DNA of 64,000 bases from NCBI GenBank assembly GCA_963845245.1, contig CAWJRJ010000034.1, positions 1-64,000 on the forward strand, read 5' to 3'. The notes beneath the pieces were generated by a model that worked only from the letters and a program-made list of their open reading frames with translations, had not been told where the DNA came from and made no database searches. Shown piece by piece: positions 20,739-31,621 of this stretch. Numbering within the stretch: the first letter of the stretch is position 1; each line of letters starts with the position of its first letter. A program made the position numbers and the translations under genes. The DNA is from Nitrospirota bacterium (GTDB lineage: Bacteria > Nitrospirota > JACRHJ01).

Positions 20739-22566
20739 ATGAAAGAACTGCACGAAAGACCCGCCCAAAACGATTTACGGTTCCCCCTGTTGGTGATTAT
20801 AGCAGTCTCAATGGCCGTTTATGCAAACGCGCTTTGGAACGGATTCGTTTATGATGATGGTTTTCTGGTGCTGGATAACCCCTGGATAAAAGATGTAAAA
20901 TTTCTCCCGGATATATTTCTAAGCGAGGCATGGGGGTTTATTCAAGGCGAGCCCAACAGCTACTACCGGCCGATGATGCACGTCATCTACAGCCTGGACT
21001 ACAGCCTCTTCGGCCTCAAGCCCTGGGGGTTCCACCTTGTAAACATCATATTCCATGCCGGTTCTTCCGTCCTTGTATTCCTGATCGCGAGGACATTGTT
21101 CAGCGAGAACAAATACCCATCAAGGTTTATTTCCATCCCGCTGATGGCGGGGGTCCTGTTTGCCGTGCACCCCATACACACGGAAGCGGTCGTCTGGGTT
21201 TCCGGGGTACAGGACCTCTCGTACGCCTTCTTCTGCCTGCTCTCGCTCTACCTCTATCTCCGGTCCGACAGCAGGTTTAACGCAAACTACTACCTTTCCG
21301 TCCTTGCTTTTTTCCTGGGTACGCTCTGCAAGGAGCCCGCAATTACCCTCCCGGGCCTGCTGATAGCATACGACCTGTTGCTAAACAAAAAGTAGGCCGG
21401 GCCTTTCGTTTATCTTAAAGAGATACGCCTTGTTTGCGCTGGCCGCATCAGTTTACCTCGGCATCAGGTCTCATGCGATCCATGGAGGCGTGACCTCCGT
21501 GAACGAGACCGGCTTTTATGGGAACATATTCATCATCCTTGCGACATACTTGAGGAAGCTGGCCATACCCGCAGACCTCAGTGTCGTTTATTTATTCAAG
21601 CGAGCTACGTCCTTGCTTGACCCACGCGTGGCAGCCGGCGTTGGCATAACGGTTGTTGCTGCCGTCTTTTCATATATCGCGTTCAAAAAAGACAAACTGG
21701 TCTTCTTCTGCCTTCTGTTCATAATGGTTCCACTTTTGCCCTGCCTTTATATACCAGCTATCACCGGGCCAAGCATGCTGGGAGAGAGATACCTGTATCT
21801 CCCTTCCGCAGGGTTTGTCATGCTGGTCTCTTTAATGATATCCCGCTTAGCGAAATGGAACCGTAGGGCGGCAGTTTCCGGCTTCCTCGCACTGGCAACC
21901 CTGTTCTTTGCAATGACTGCCATTAGGAACGCGGACTGGAAGAATGAGTACACACTATGGGCTGATGTGGCGAGGAAGGCACCCGAGTCTGCCTTCGCGC
22001 ATAACAACCTCGGGGCGGCACTGATTGAAAGGGGCATGTACGGTAAGGCGCAAGAAGAGCTGAGCCATGCCATTGCCCTGAAACCGGAATACGCGGAGGC
22101 GCATAACAACCTCGGGTATTCCCTGCTTAAAAGTAACATGTACAATAAGGCCCTGGCAGAGTTCAGTCAAGCCATCGCTCTGAAGCCTGATTACACTGTG
22201 GCATATATCAACCGCGGCCTTGCATACGCAGGGCTTGGACGGGATGACCTGGCCGTCGGAGAGTACCTTTCTGCAATGAAGTGCGACCCATCGGCCGAAG
22301 ACACATACGATTACCTCGGTATTTCATACAGGAGGCTGGGCGAGTTTGACAAGTCCATAGAGGCTTTTGAGGCTGCGCTGAGATTAGACCCTGACTATGC
22401 GGATGCGGACAACGACCTCGGAGATGTATTCCTGAAGAAAGGCGATCTGAAAAGTGCAATCGGATGTTACCAGGCAGCAGTCCGTCTGGAGCCCGAGAAT
22501 CCCAGGTTCAGGAAAAATCTGGAAAAGACCATCAATGCTGCACAACATCACCGGTATAGCGGCTAA
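20739..22566 (+). CDS. second TMTC-like GT-C/TPR paralogue (break near 21393-21430)
   Basis: Same motifs as 18775-20595, split into ORFs 20721-21395 and 21430-22566 near an A-run. Confidence 0.85.
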
Positions 22567-22579
22567 CGGATTTGACCTT

Positions 22580-23347
22580 TCAGTAATTGTACTCCTTGTA
22601 GTCCTTCTCGAACTCGGCATCCGAAAGCCCGGGGTTCAGCTTGATGTCCGAATAGTCGATGCTTTCTTCGAACTCACCCTTTGGGCTATACAACATCACT
22701 TTAACGGGCAGGTGGGACTCCTCGTCTACCCAGCCGTCCGACCTCGGGGAATAATAACCCTTACCAGGCGGGAGGTCCATCCTGATATGCCAGGCCTTGT
22801 GTCCGAACACATTATCCTCGCCCAGATATACGAGCTTGAGCTGCTTTGCCGCCGCAGCCCTTTTGGCGTCTCCGGATATTATTTCAACCAGCCTGCCGAC
22901 CCCCATGTCCGTCAAGGGATGGCGTTGTTCTTTCATGGCGGTTTCACACTTGGGGTCCAGGTTCCAGTCGAACAAGCCTAACACCCCGCACTCATGCCCT
23001 ACCATCTCGTTGTTGTTACTGCCCTTCACGTATATGGCTTCCCTGCCCTCGTGCGGGCCATTGAGCCACTTCATATACAGCTTGAAGGGTTTCTTGTACT
23101 TGATGAATATCTTTTCCTCGGGCATGACCTTGCCATCACGCATCTCGCGTTTGTGGAAGACCGCGGTATAATCATTTACTCTCTGGTAGGCCTTTTCCAT
23201 CATGGACATCACGACGAACGGCCTGTTCTTGATCGAGGTGGTCTCCAGGCTCGCGGGGGACGCCGTTTTCGCCAGTACAAGGATAGGAAAGACAGCCATC
23301 ACATATATTATCAACCGGCCAATGGCCATTATTCTTCTGTGTTCCAT
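22580..23347 (-). CDS. DUF1571-like / LolA-fold exported protein
   Basis: DYTAVFHKRE, PFKLYMKW, GREAIYV, RHPLT..G, NPGLSD..F pattern; signal peptide. Confidence 0.75.
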   Translation of the reverse strand: MEHRRIMAIGRLIIYVMAVFPILVLAKTASPASLETTSIKNRPFVVMSMMEKAYQRVNDYTAVFHKREMRDGKVMPEEKIFIKYKKPFKLYMKWLNGPHEGREAIYVKGSNNNEMVGHECGVLGLFDWNLDPKCETAMKEQRHPLTDMGVGRLVEIISGDAKRAAAAKQLKLVYLGEDNVFGHKAWHIRMDLPPGKGYYSPRSDGWVDEESHLPVKVMLYSPKGEFEESIDYSDIKLNPGLSDAEFEKDYKEYNY

Positions 23348-23391
23348 GGTTTTATTATATCAGGCCTGCAACTGAGGTTTCCAGCAGCAAT

Positions 23392-23423
23392 AAAAAAGAC
23401 CGACCTCCGCTCGGAAGTTGGCC
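23392..23423 (-). terminator. intrinsic terminator
   Basis: GGCCAACTTCCG-AG-CGGAGGTCGGTC followed by T6 on the minus strand. Confidence 0.75.
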
Positions 23424-23615
23424 TGTTTCTTTACGCTCTCCGTCATATTGTTTTAGTTGATTGGGGGCCGGGGCTTCTCCCATCCCGGCCTTTCAGCCAT
23501 TCCCCGCACAGTAAGTAAAAAAGGAAGAGCAAGGTTTTAGCCTTAGTTTCTTTTTGAGGTTTCTTCTCTTATGAGTGTTTTCCTCTTGAGATCCTAAAAC
23601 TTTTTCCTCGCTCTT
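23392..23615 (-). ncRNA. candidate structured small RNA (family unknown)
   Basis: Own promoter (TTGACA at 23649-23644, 16 bp spacer, TG-C-TACAAT), nested stems, terminal intrinsic terminator, no convincing ORF. Confidence 0.55.
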
Positions 23616-23769
23616 AAATATATTGTAGCACCAATCCTGAGTTTGTCAAATCGGTCTTTTTCCGACGCTTCACAGGGTAAAACCCTGCCGGTTTGACAGT
23701 TCAAAATATCGGGGTAAACTTATTTTAAAATATATTGCGGGCTTTAATACTGATGCGGGAGGTACGGCC

Positions 23770-24112
23770 ATGATACGTAAACTTGCAATAGTTCTTTTGC
23801 TGACGGCCTTTACGGTTGCCGGTTGCGCCACATTGAGCAAAGAGGACAGGCAGCTCCTCGATTCCGCCAGGACCAATGCCGTCAAGGCCGAGGATGCGGC
23901 AAAGGCGGCCGAGGCCTCCGCAGAGCGCGGCCAGGGACTCAGCCGCCGAAGCCAAGGCTTCCGCCTCTGACGCGGCAACATCCGCAAGCCAGGCCGCTGC
24001 TTCGGCCACCGCCGCCGATGCATCCGCAATACGGGCCGGGGACGCGGCAAAGAAGTGCGAGGAGATGGCCGAGAAAAGCGAGAAGATGTTCGAAAAACAT
24101 CTGGTAAAATGA
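23770..24112 (+). CDS. Lpp/OprI-like alanine-zipper lipoprotein (1 frameshift near 23930)
   Basis: Lipobox VAGC, Ala-rich coiled coil, C-terminus ...MFEKHLVK ending in Lys. Confidence 0.82.
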
Positions 24113-24134
24113 CACGGCTTTAAGGCCGATACTC

Positions 24135-25052
24135 TCATGGTTTTAGGGTAACGCCGACATCCGTCGGGATACCTGATTTCTGGTCAACTGCGCCCAGCAG
24201 CCTGTACGGGTCAACGCTGCCTAAAAGCCCGATGGCGTATAACCTGACGACGGCTTCCTTGAAGAGGTCCATGCCGCCGATGTAATCCTTGTGTACCTCC
24301 ACCATCGGGCGTCCGTCCTCCAACCCCACCTTCACAGGCTGGTAAACTATCTCGACCCGCTCGCCTGGCGTCACCTTGCCGTACAGCCGGGCAATGTCCT
24401 CCGGATAGAGCCTGATGCAGCCGTGGCTCACCCTCCTTCCAACCCCCCATGGCCTGTTTGTACCGTGGATGAGATAACCCTTCAGGTCGGTCGTGATCTT
24501 GTAAGCGCCCAGAGGGTTGTCCGGACCGGGTGGAACAGCGGGCGGCAGTTCAGGCCTTTCATGTCTGATGGATTCGGGAGGATACCAGTATGGGTCCTTT
24601 TCCTTGCCTGTGACATGATACACCCCCAGTGGGGTATCGAAGCCCTCACGCCCCACGCCTATGGGGTAGGTATCCACATACCCTGCATGAAAGTAATAGA
24701 TCCGCATCTCCGCCAGGTTTATCACGATCCCCTGTCTCTTCGCATCTGGCAGTACCCAGTAAACCGGTACTGCAACCCTTTCGCCGTTGCCGGGCAGCCA
24801 CGGGTCGATCCCAGGGTTTGCCTCGGCTATTGCGTTGTAACCCAGGCCGTAATCCCGCGCTATGTCAAGGAGTGTATCCCTCTTCAGGGCATAGGACCAC
24901 CGGAGCTTCCCGATGACGCTCTGGTCCGGGCCTAACGCAAACGACCTGACGCCAGCGAAATCCGCATATGCGGCACAATTTATTGAAACAATTAGATAAG
25001 CAATCAGGAGACTAACGACGAAGCGGGCTTGGGATTTCATTTTGGCGACCAC
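24135..25052 (-). CDS. L,D-transpeptidase (LysM + YkuD, ErfK/YbiS/YcfS family)
   Basis: DTLLDIAR LysM, INLAEMRIYY, PGPDNPLG, IHGTN...SHGCIRL. Confidence 0.93.
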   Translation of the reverse strand: MVAKMKSQARFVVSLLIAYLIVSINCAAYADFAGVRSFALGPDQSVIGKLRWSYALKRDTLLDIARDYGLGYNAIAEANPGIDPWLPGNGERVAVPVYWVLPDAKRQGIVINLAEMRIYYFHAGYVDTYPIGVGREGFDTPLGVYHVTGKEKDPYWYPPESIRHERPELPPAVPPGPDNPLGAYKITTDLKGYLIHGTNRPWGVGRRVSHGCIRLYPEDIARLYGKVTPGERVEIVYQPVKVGLEDGRPMVEVHKDYIGGMDLFKEAVVRLYAIGLLGSVDPYRLLGAVDQKSGIPTDVGVTLKP

Positions 25053-25244
25053 CCCCTTATTAGAAATAAGTTACCACAAAAACATGGATGGTGCGGCCAT
25101 CGCTATAGACTAATCCTTTAGGTTTAGGGCCATATAATAATTGCAACTTGACGAAAGTATATATTTGACAATACATGGAATGCATGATAAACATGTAAAG
25201 TGTTTTCAGTATGCAACTGCTTTTCACCTTATTGATGGTTCAAA

Positions 25245-25637
25245 ATGCCGGAGAAAACAAGCGGTATGGAAACGTCTACTACCCTGCCTGAATCCTGCAA
25301 CAGGAAAGATATAAGGCTCCCCATCCCTCCAACAATCGTGAGCATTCACAAGGGACAAACTAAATTTTTTGGAGTTGGGTTGAACTTGAGCCGTTCGGGG
25401 ATGTATTTTCAGACTCCGGAACTCGTGGGCATCGGAGATGTTATCAAGGTGAAGTTTACACTACCCAAGACGGACACGGCGGTCACATGCGACTCAAGGG
25501 TAGTCTGGTGCAAGTGTTTCAATTCTATGCGTAGAGGTTCGACCCATGCAGGGATCCAATTCGTCGATATGGAGCCGGGCGCGGTGGAATACCTGTGCAA
25601 GCTGGCACAACAAGTCGATGAGCCTCAGACGCATTAG
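25245..25637 (+). CDS. PilZ-domain protein
   Basis: RKDIR (RxxxR) and NLSRSG (N/DxSxxG) c-di-GMP motifs, RVVW, GIQF. Confidence 0.88.
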   Translation: MPEKTSGMETSTTLPESCNRKDIRLPIPPTIVSIHKGQTKFFGVGLNLSRSGMYFQTPELVGIGDVIKVKFTLPKTDTAVTCDSRVVWCKCFNSMRRGSTHAGIQFVDMEPGAVEYLCKLAQQVDEPQTH

Positions 25638-25663
25638 GACCGGAACAAGGCCTGCCCTAACCT

Positions 25664-26593
25664 CTAAAAATTCACCCTTTCCTTCTCAATCACCAGCGGT
25701 CGTTTCTGCACCTGTGTGTGGATAGAGCCTATATATTCCCCTATTATCCCGATGAAGAAAAGTTGCACTGATGAAAAGAAGAACACCCCTATAACAAGCG
25801 GTGCGATGCCGAGACTGAACATGTTCCAGAAGATGAGCTTTGCGAAGAAGTAGCCTAACGCTATCAGAAGGCTTATAATGGACATCAGGAAGCCCAGCAT
25901 GGCGGCGATGCGAAGCGGGACCTTGGAGTGGTTCGTTATCCCCAGCATAGCCATATCGTAGAGGGTATAGAAGTTGTTCTTGGTTATCCCCCTCGTCCGC
26001 GCGGGCTGTGTGTATTCCACCTTCGCGCTCTCAAACCCTATATCTGAAATCAGGCCCCTGAAATAGGGGTACGGGTCGTTTATCTCCCGCAGTATCTCTA
26101 TGATCCTCTTGTCGTAGAGACCGAAGCCGGTATTGTTCTTGGTGAGCTCGATATCGGAGAGGTTGCTTATGAAGTGGTAGAACGCCTTCCTGACAAGGAA
26201 CATCGCGGCGGTCTCGCGGCTTTTGGTCTTGACGCCGAGTACGATCTTGTAGCCCTCCTCCCATTTCTTTACAAAGTCGCGGACCAGCTCAGGCGGGTCC
26301 TGCAGGTCGGCGACCATAAGCACGACCGCATCTCCGCTGGCCTGGAGCAAGCCGTGGTAGGGTGAGCGTATGTGCCCGAAGTTACGGCTGTTCACTATTA
26401 TCTTTACGTTCCTGTCTTTTGCGGCCAGCCCCTTTAATATCGGTACGGTCCTGTCCTTCGATGCGTTGTCTATGAATATGTGTTCATAGGTATAGCCGGG
26501 TAAGCTCTCCACCACTTCCTTTACCTGCCTGTACAGCTCCTCGACGTTTTCTTCTTCGTTGAAGCAGGGGGTGACGATGCTTATGAACGGCAT
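25664..26593 (-). CDS. GT2 polyprenyl-phosphate glycosyltransferase (GtrB-like)
   Basis: PCFNEE, DNASKD, SRNFG, ADLQDPP, two C-terminal TMs, GEYI...RP. Confidence 0.9.
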   Translation of the reverse strand: MPFISIVTPCFNEEENVEELYRQVKEVVESLPGYTYEHIFIDNASKDRTVPILKGLAAKDRNVKIIVNSRNFGHIRSPYHGLLQASGDAVVLMVADLQDPPELVRDFVKKWEEGYKIVLGVKTKSRETAAMFLVRKAFYHFISNLSDIELTKNNTGFGLYDKRIIEILREINDPYPYFRGLISDIGFESAKVEYTQPARTRGITKNNFYTLYDMAMLGITNHSKVPLRIAAMLGFLMSIISLLIALGYFFAKLIFWNMFSLGIAPLVIGVFFFSSVQLFFIGIIGEYIGSIHTQVQKRPLVIEKERVNF

Positions 26594-26609
26594 TGGTTTC
26601 TCTCTCCTG

Positions 26610-28382
26610 TCACTTGGGCACGTCCTTTTCCTCGGCAAGGTCTATCAGCATCTCATCCTTGAGCTTATCGCGGTCAAGATGCGGAGACATGTCCTCAAGC
26701 GGGCGGTTTACCACCAGTTTCGGGTTCACGCACGTGTCTAGCGCAAGCTTCACATCGATGAAAAACGGGCCGGTAGCGCTTAATGCTTCATCTATAATCT
26801 TATCCGCTCCTTCAAGGGAGTCTATTGTCGCCACCGGGATACCGTACGCCTCAGCAATAGCGCGCAGGTTCGGGCGTCCATATCCTATGACTGTCGAGTA
26901 CCTCCGACCATCGAAATACATGTCCTGAAACTGCCTGACCATCCCCAGGCAGCCGTTGTCCAGGACGAACATCTTTACAGGCAGGTTGTGCCTCGCCACG
27001 GTATCCAGTTCCTGTATGTTTATCTGGATACCTCCGTCACCGGAAATAGCTATCGCGTTATGGCCTGGCGCTGCATAGACTGCACCGATTGCCGCGGGGA
27101 GGGAGAAGCCCATAGCGCCCATGCCGCCAGATATAATCATCCGTTGGCCATCCTTCAGCCTGAACGACTGGGCCGCCCACATCTGGTTCTGCCCCACGTC
27201 CAGACATATTACGTCGCCTTCCGAACAGTGAGTGGAAAGCTTTTCCAGGAACAGGTTCGGGTTTATAGTCTGCGGCTCTTGCTCAGCGTGCGTGGGGTAG
27301 CGTTTTCTGTAGCCGTCGAGCCTCTTGTACCACGCATCGTAATCAACTTTGGCATTCAAACCGGGCGCTGAGTTCACTGCCTTCAGGAAGTCCAGGATGT
27401 GGCAGTTGATTACAACATCAGCCTTCACCTTCGCGTTTAATTCGTTCGCGTCTATGTCAACATGCACCTTCTTCGCCGCGCGCGCGAAGGTGTCAGGCCT
27501 TGTCCCGGTCTGTCTGGAGTCAAGCCGTGACCCCAACACGAGCAGAAAATCACAGTTTGCGAGCGCGAGGTTCGCATACCGGTTTCCGTAGGCGCCTATC
27601 ATACCAAAGAACGAGGGCAAACTGTGTGGGATGGAGTCCAGCCCCATCAGAGAGCAGACCACCGGCACGCCAGTCTTTTCCACGAAGGCGCGAAACTCAT
27701 CCGCGGCTCCCGCAGCACGCACACCGCCGCCTGCGAGGATTATAGGCCTTTTCGCCTTGGACAGCAGCTCCAGCGTATCTGATATCGCCCCACTGGGACA
27801 TTCGGCGCGGGCAAGGGTTTTGAACTCGTCGCTCCCGTAAAAGCTCTCCAGGGCCTCGGGCTCCACATGCTCACGTTGGATGTTCATGGGGATGTCCAGC
27901 AGCACAGGGCCTGGCCTGCCGGCCTGTGCGATATAGACCGCCTTCTCAAGCTCGTAGCGCACACGCTTCGCGTCGGCCAGCATCGTCGCGTATTTCACGA
28001 GCGGCTTCACCACGCTCACTATGTCCGTCTCCTGGAACCCTATCTGGCGTATAGGCCGGTCGTATTTATACTCATAGGTATTGACCTGCCCGGTTATGAA
28101 AAGGCATGGTACTGAATCGAAATAACAGCTCCCTATCCCGGTCATGAGGTTGAGCGCGCCTGGGCCGCTCGTAGCCATCGCAACGCCCAGCTTTCCGTTC
28201 ATGCGCGCGTAAGCCTCCGCAGCGAACGCACCCGCCTGCTCGTGGTGCATGGACACGCAGGAAACGTCGTCCCGCTTACCGGCAGAATCGATAAGGTGCG
28301 TGATCGCCCCTCCGATGAACTCGAAGATGTGGGATACGCCCTGCCGGGCAACAAAATCAATCACGTAATCCGAGACTTTCAA
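26610..28382 (-). CDS. ThDP-dependent enzyme, acetolactate-synthase-like (YerE-like by context)
   Basis: HHEQAGAFAAE, TSGPGALN, GFQE, GDGG...N ThDP motif; lies within the CDP-sugar cluster. Confidence 0.88.
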   Translation of the reverse strand: MKVSDYVIDFVARQGVSHIFEFIGGAITHLIDSAGKRDDVSCVSMHHEQAGAFAAEAYARMNGKLGVAMATSGPGALNLMTGIGSCYFDSVPCLFITGQVNTYEYKYDRPIRQIGFQETDIVSVVKPLVKYATMLADAKRVRYELEKAVYIAQAGRPGPVLLDIPMNIQREHVEPEALESFYGSDEFKTLARAECPSGAISDTLELLSKAKRPIILAGGGVRAAGAADEFRAFVEKTGVPVVCSLMGLDSIPHSLPSFFGMIGAYGNRYANLALANCDFLLVLGSRLDSRQTGTRPDTFARAAKKVHVDIDANELNAKVKADVVINCHILDFLKAVNSAPGLNAKVDYDAWYKRLDGYRKRYPTHAEQEPQTINPNLFLEKLSTHCSEGDVICLDVGQNQMWAAQSFRLKDGQRMIISGGMGAMGFSLPAAIGAVYAAPGHNAIAISGDGGIQINIQELDTVARHNLPVKMFVLDNGCLGMVRQFQDMYFDGRRYSTVIGYGRPNLRAIAEAYGIPVATIDSLEGADKIIDEALSATGPFFIDVKLALDTCVNPKLVVNRPLEDMSPHLDRDKLKDEMLIDLAEEKDVPK

Positions 28383-28422
28383 ACCGCGACCTCCCGCGAA
28401 AACCGGCCATGCATGTTCACTT

Positions 28423-29760
28423 TCACAGGCAGCAAGACCTTATCTCGCGCAAAATATAAGACAGCATTTCTTCTGTCAGGCCCGGGAAGACCCCCACCCA
28501 AAACGTGTCCCGCATTATGCGGTCCGTATTTACCAGCGGGGCTGCCACCCTGAACCCCTCTCCGCTCTTCCTCATCTCGTCGAAGCACGGATGTTTCACC
28601 AGGTTGCCAGCAAAAAGCATACGTGTCTGGATGCCCTTGGATTCCAGGCGGGCAACTATCCCGTCCCTTGATAATCCCACGCCCTCCCTCACGGTAAGGA
28701 GAAAACCAAACCAGGATGGTTCTGAGCCATCGGACGCCTCGGGGAGGATAAGCCTGCCTGACAGGCTGTCCAGGCCTTCACGAAGCCTCTTCCAGTTACG
28801 CTTTCTTGCTTCAATGAATGACGGCAGCTTCTCAAGCTGGGCGCAGCCTATCGCGGCCTGCATGTCGGTCACCTTGAGGTTGTACCCGAAATGGGAGTAG
28901 ACGTACTTGTGGTCGTATCCGGCAGGAAGCTCACCGAACTGCTTCTCGAACCGCTTTCTGCAGGTATTGTCCTTACCCGACGGGCACCAGCAGTCGCGCC
29001 CCCAGTCGCGAAACGATTCGACGAGCCTCTTGAGCGTATCGTCGCTGGTATATACCGCACCACCTTCACCCATAGTCATATGGTGCGGTGGATAGAAACT
29101 CGAAGTGCCTATGTCGCCTATGGTCCCGGTATATCGCCACTCGCCCTTATACTTGATTCGGGAGCCGAGGGCGTCACAGTTGTCCTCTACCATCCAGAGG
29201 CCGTGCTTGTCGCAGAACTCGCGAACTCTCCCGACGTCGAACGGGTTCCCCAGGGTGTGCGCAACCATGACAGCCTTCGTCCTCTTAGAAAGCGCGCCCT
29301 CAAGCTGGGAGCAGTCGATGTTATAACCTGGCAGGCTGACGTCTACGAATACCGGTACCGCCCCATACTGTACGATGGGGGCGACGGTCGTCGGAAAACC
29401 GGCGGCGACTGTGATGACCTCGTCGCCGCGCCTTATCATCCTGTCGCCCAGCTTCGGTGATGTAAGGGCCATGAACGCGAGGAGGTTTGCGGACGAGCCG
29501 GAATTGACCAGAGAACAGTGTTTGACACCAAGGAATGAAGCGAAATCTTTCTCGAACTTCTCCGCAAAGCGGCCGGTCGTCAGCCAGAAGTCAAGCGTTG
29601 CGTCGATGAGCATAGTAATTTCTTTTTCATCGAAGACACGGCCGGCATACGAAATCCTGTCGCCGGGCTCAAACGTCTTCTTCGGGGCGTGCACAGCACG
29701 GTAATAACGGCCTGCCGCCTCAATGACCTCGTCCCTAAGCATCTTCTCGTCCGGCTCCAA
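28423..29760 (-). CDS. rfbH: CDP-4-keto-6-deoxyglucose 3-dehydratase (RfbH/DdhC)
   Basis: [24 protein letters not shown] (His in place of the PLP Lys), [14 protein letters not shown]. Confidence 0.93.
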   Translation of the reverse strand: MEPDEKMLRDEVIEAAGRYYRAVHAPKKTFEPGDRISYAGRVFDEKEITMLIDATLDFWLTTGRFAEKFEKDFASFLGVKHCSLVNSGSSANLLAFMALTSPKLGDRMIRRGDEVITVAAGFPTTVAPIVQYGAVPVFVDVSLPGYNIDCSQLEGALSKRTKAVMVAHTLGNPFDVGRVREFCDKHGLWMVEDNCDALGSRIKYKGEWRYTGTIGDIGTSSFYPPHHMTMGEGGAVYTSDDTLKRLVESFRDWGRDCWCPSGKDNTCRKRFEKQFGELPAGYDHKYVYSHFGYNLKVTDMQAAIGCAQLEKLPSFIEARKRNWKRLREGLDSLSGRLILPEASDGSEPSWFGFLLTVREGVGLSRDGIVARLESKGIQTRMLFAGNLVKHPCFDEMRKSGEGFRVAAPLVNTDRIMRDTFWVGVFPGLTEEMLSYILREIRSCCL

Positions 29761-29772
29761 ATCCCCTCCGTA

Positions 29773-30849
29773 TCAGGCAATCTCTTCCGAGAAATCTTTT
29801 ATCTGTTTCAGGGACACCTCGCGCATGTCCCGACCATCGCTGTATGCATGCGTCCACTCGATAATGCTCTCAAGCGCCTTGTCGAGCCCCCACCTGGGCT
29901 TCCAGCCCAGCTCCGCACGTGCCTTCGCACAATTGAGCTTGAGGTAGTTTGCCTCGTGCGGGTGTTCACCTTCGTCTATCTCATAGCCCGCTCCCTCTCC
30001 CCACATGGAGCAGAGCCTGCCGACTATCCACTCGACCGGCTTCGCGTCGTCCTCGTGCGGGCCGAAGTTCCAGCCCTCCGAAAATGCCGGGCCGTCGGCA
30101 TAAAGCCTCTGCGCAAGCATCATATATCCGGACAGCGGCTCGAAGACGTGCTGCCACGGCCTGATGGCGTGCGGGTTCCTTATCCTCACCTTTTCTCCGC
30201 CCAGCAAGGCCCTGATGCAGTCGGGTACAAGCCTGTCCACCGCCCAGTCTCCCCCTCCTATGACGTTGCCGGCCCTTGCCGTGGCCAAACCTATATGATG
30301 GACGGCGTAATCTTTCGGGTTGAAGAACGAACTCCTGTAGGATGCGGTAACAAGCTCGGAGCATGCCTTGCTGTTGGAATATGGATCGTAACCGCCAAGA
30401 ACGCTGTCCTCGCTATAGCCCCAAAGGCATTCCTTGTTTTCATAACATTTGTCTGTCGTAACGTTTATTACCGCCCTCACGCCCTTGCAGCCTCTCACAG
30501 CTTCGAGCATGTTCACGGTACCCATTACGTTTATATTGTATGTCTCAACGGGATTTTTGTACGAGTCGCGCACCAGAGGTTGTGCTGCCATGTGTATAAC
30601 GACCTCCGGCCTTGCCTCACCCATGGCGCGTGCAAGCGACTCACCGTCCCGGACGTCCGCTGTAACCGACCTCATCAGCCCACCCACACCGCATATATCG
30701 TAGAGGCTTGGGACGGTCGGTGGCTCGAGGGCGTATCCTGTCACCTCCGAGCCAAGAGAAGTCAGCCACATGGAGAGCCAGGAACCCTTGAAGCCCGTGT
30801 GCCCGGTAAGGAATACCCTTCTGCCCTTCCAGAAACCGGGGTCAATCAT
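29773..30849 (-). CDS. rfbG: CDP-glucose 4,6-dehydratase
   Basis: [35 protein letters not shown]. Confidence 0.95.
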   Translation of the reverse strand: MIDPGFWKGRRVFLTGHTGFKGSWLSMWLTSLGSEVTGYALEPPTVPSLYDICGVGGLMRSVTADVRDGESLARAMGEARPEVVIHMAAQPLVRDSYKNPVETYNINVMGTVNMLEAVRGCKGVRAVINVTTDKCYENKECLWGYSEDSVLGGYDPYSNSKACSELVTASYRSSFFNPKDYAVHHIGLATARAGNVIGGGDWAVDRLVPDCIRALLGGEKVRIRNPHAIRPWQHVFEPLSGYMMLAQRLYADGPAFSEGWNFGPHEDDAKPVEWIVGRLCSMWGEGAGYEIDEGEHPHEANYLKLNCAKARAELGWKPRWGLDKALESIIEWTHAYSDGRDMREVSLKQIKDFSEEIA

Positions 30850-31621
30850 TCCATACCTTCCAAGGCGCCCTGCCCTCTTTCCAGAGGTCCTCCAGGAGGT
30901 TCTTGTCCCTCATCGTATCCATGGGGTGCCAGAAACCAGCATTCTTGAAAGCCATCAACTGGCCGTCTTTGGCCAGGCGTTCGAGCGGCTCTTTCTCAAA
31001 AACCGTGCTGTCGCCGTCTATGTAATCGAATATCTCCGGCTGCAATACGAAAAAACCCGCGTTTATCCAGGCCCCGTCGCCTTTAGGTTTTTCCTGGAAC
31101 CCCTTTACCAGGCTATCGCCGTTCAAGTCGAGTGCGCCGAACCTGCCTACAGGCTGCGTAGATGTCACCGTCGCCAGCCTGCCATGAGACTTGTGGTGTT
31201 CCACCAGCCGGCTGATATCTATTTCGCTCACGCCGTCGCCGTAAGTAAGCATGAACGGCTCGTCCCCTATATACTTGCGCACCCTTTTTACGCGTCCGCC
31301 GGTCATGGTATCGACGCCGGTGTTTATAAGAGTCACCGTCCACGGTTCGGCATAATGATGATGGACGATCCTGGAATCCTGGTTCTTGAAATCGAACGTA
31401 ACGTCGGATTCGTGCAGGAAATAGTTTGCAAAGTACTCTTTTATGCAGTATCCCTTGTATCCGAGGCAGACTATGAAGTCATTGAAACCGTAATGGGAAT
31501 ATATCTTCATGATATGCCAGAGGATTGGGCGCCCCCCTATCTCTATCATGGGCTTTGGCTTCAGGTGGGATTCTTCGCTTATCCTGGTGCCGTATCCTCC
31601 GGCAAGTATGACGACCTTCAA
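30842..31621 (-). CDS. rfbF: glucose-1-phosphate cytidylyltransferase
   Basis: [36 protein letters not shown] start after GGAGG. Confidence 0.95.
   Translation of the reverse strand: MKVVILAGGYGTRISEESHLKPKPMIEIGGRPILWHIMKIYSHYGFNDFIVCLGYKGYCIKEYFANYFLHESDVTFDFKNQDSRIVHHHYAEPWTVTLINTGVDTMTGGRVKRVRKYIGDEPFMLTYGDGVSEIDISRLVEHHKSHGRLATVTSTQPVGRFGALDLNGDSLVKGFQEKPKGDGAWINAGFFVLQPEIFDYIDGDSTVFEKEPLERLAKDGQLMAFKNAGFWHPMDTMRDKNLLEDLWKEGRAPWKVWND

Noticed and set aside
23450..23600. GTTTTAG/CTAAAAC motifs resembling CRISPR repeat or tracrRNA ends
   Set aside because: No repeat-spacer periodicity and no cas genes in the window; the motifs are explained by an intramolecular stem
26610..28382. Calling the ThDP enzyme ilvB (branched-chain amino acid synthesis)
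   Set aside because: No ilvN/ilvC nearby and it is embedded in a CDP-sugar operon, so a sugar-branching role is more plausible
29689..30948. Long antisense ORFs (e.g. 29689-30948, 41097-42161, 49479-50564)
   Set aside because: Shadow frames of well-supported GC-rich genes on the opposite strand, with no motifs of their own
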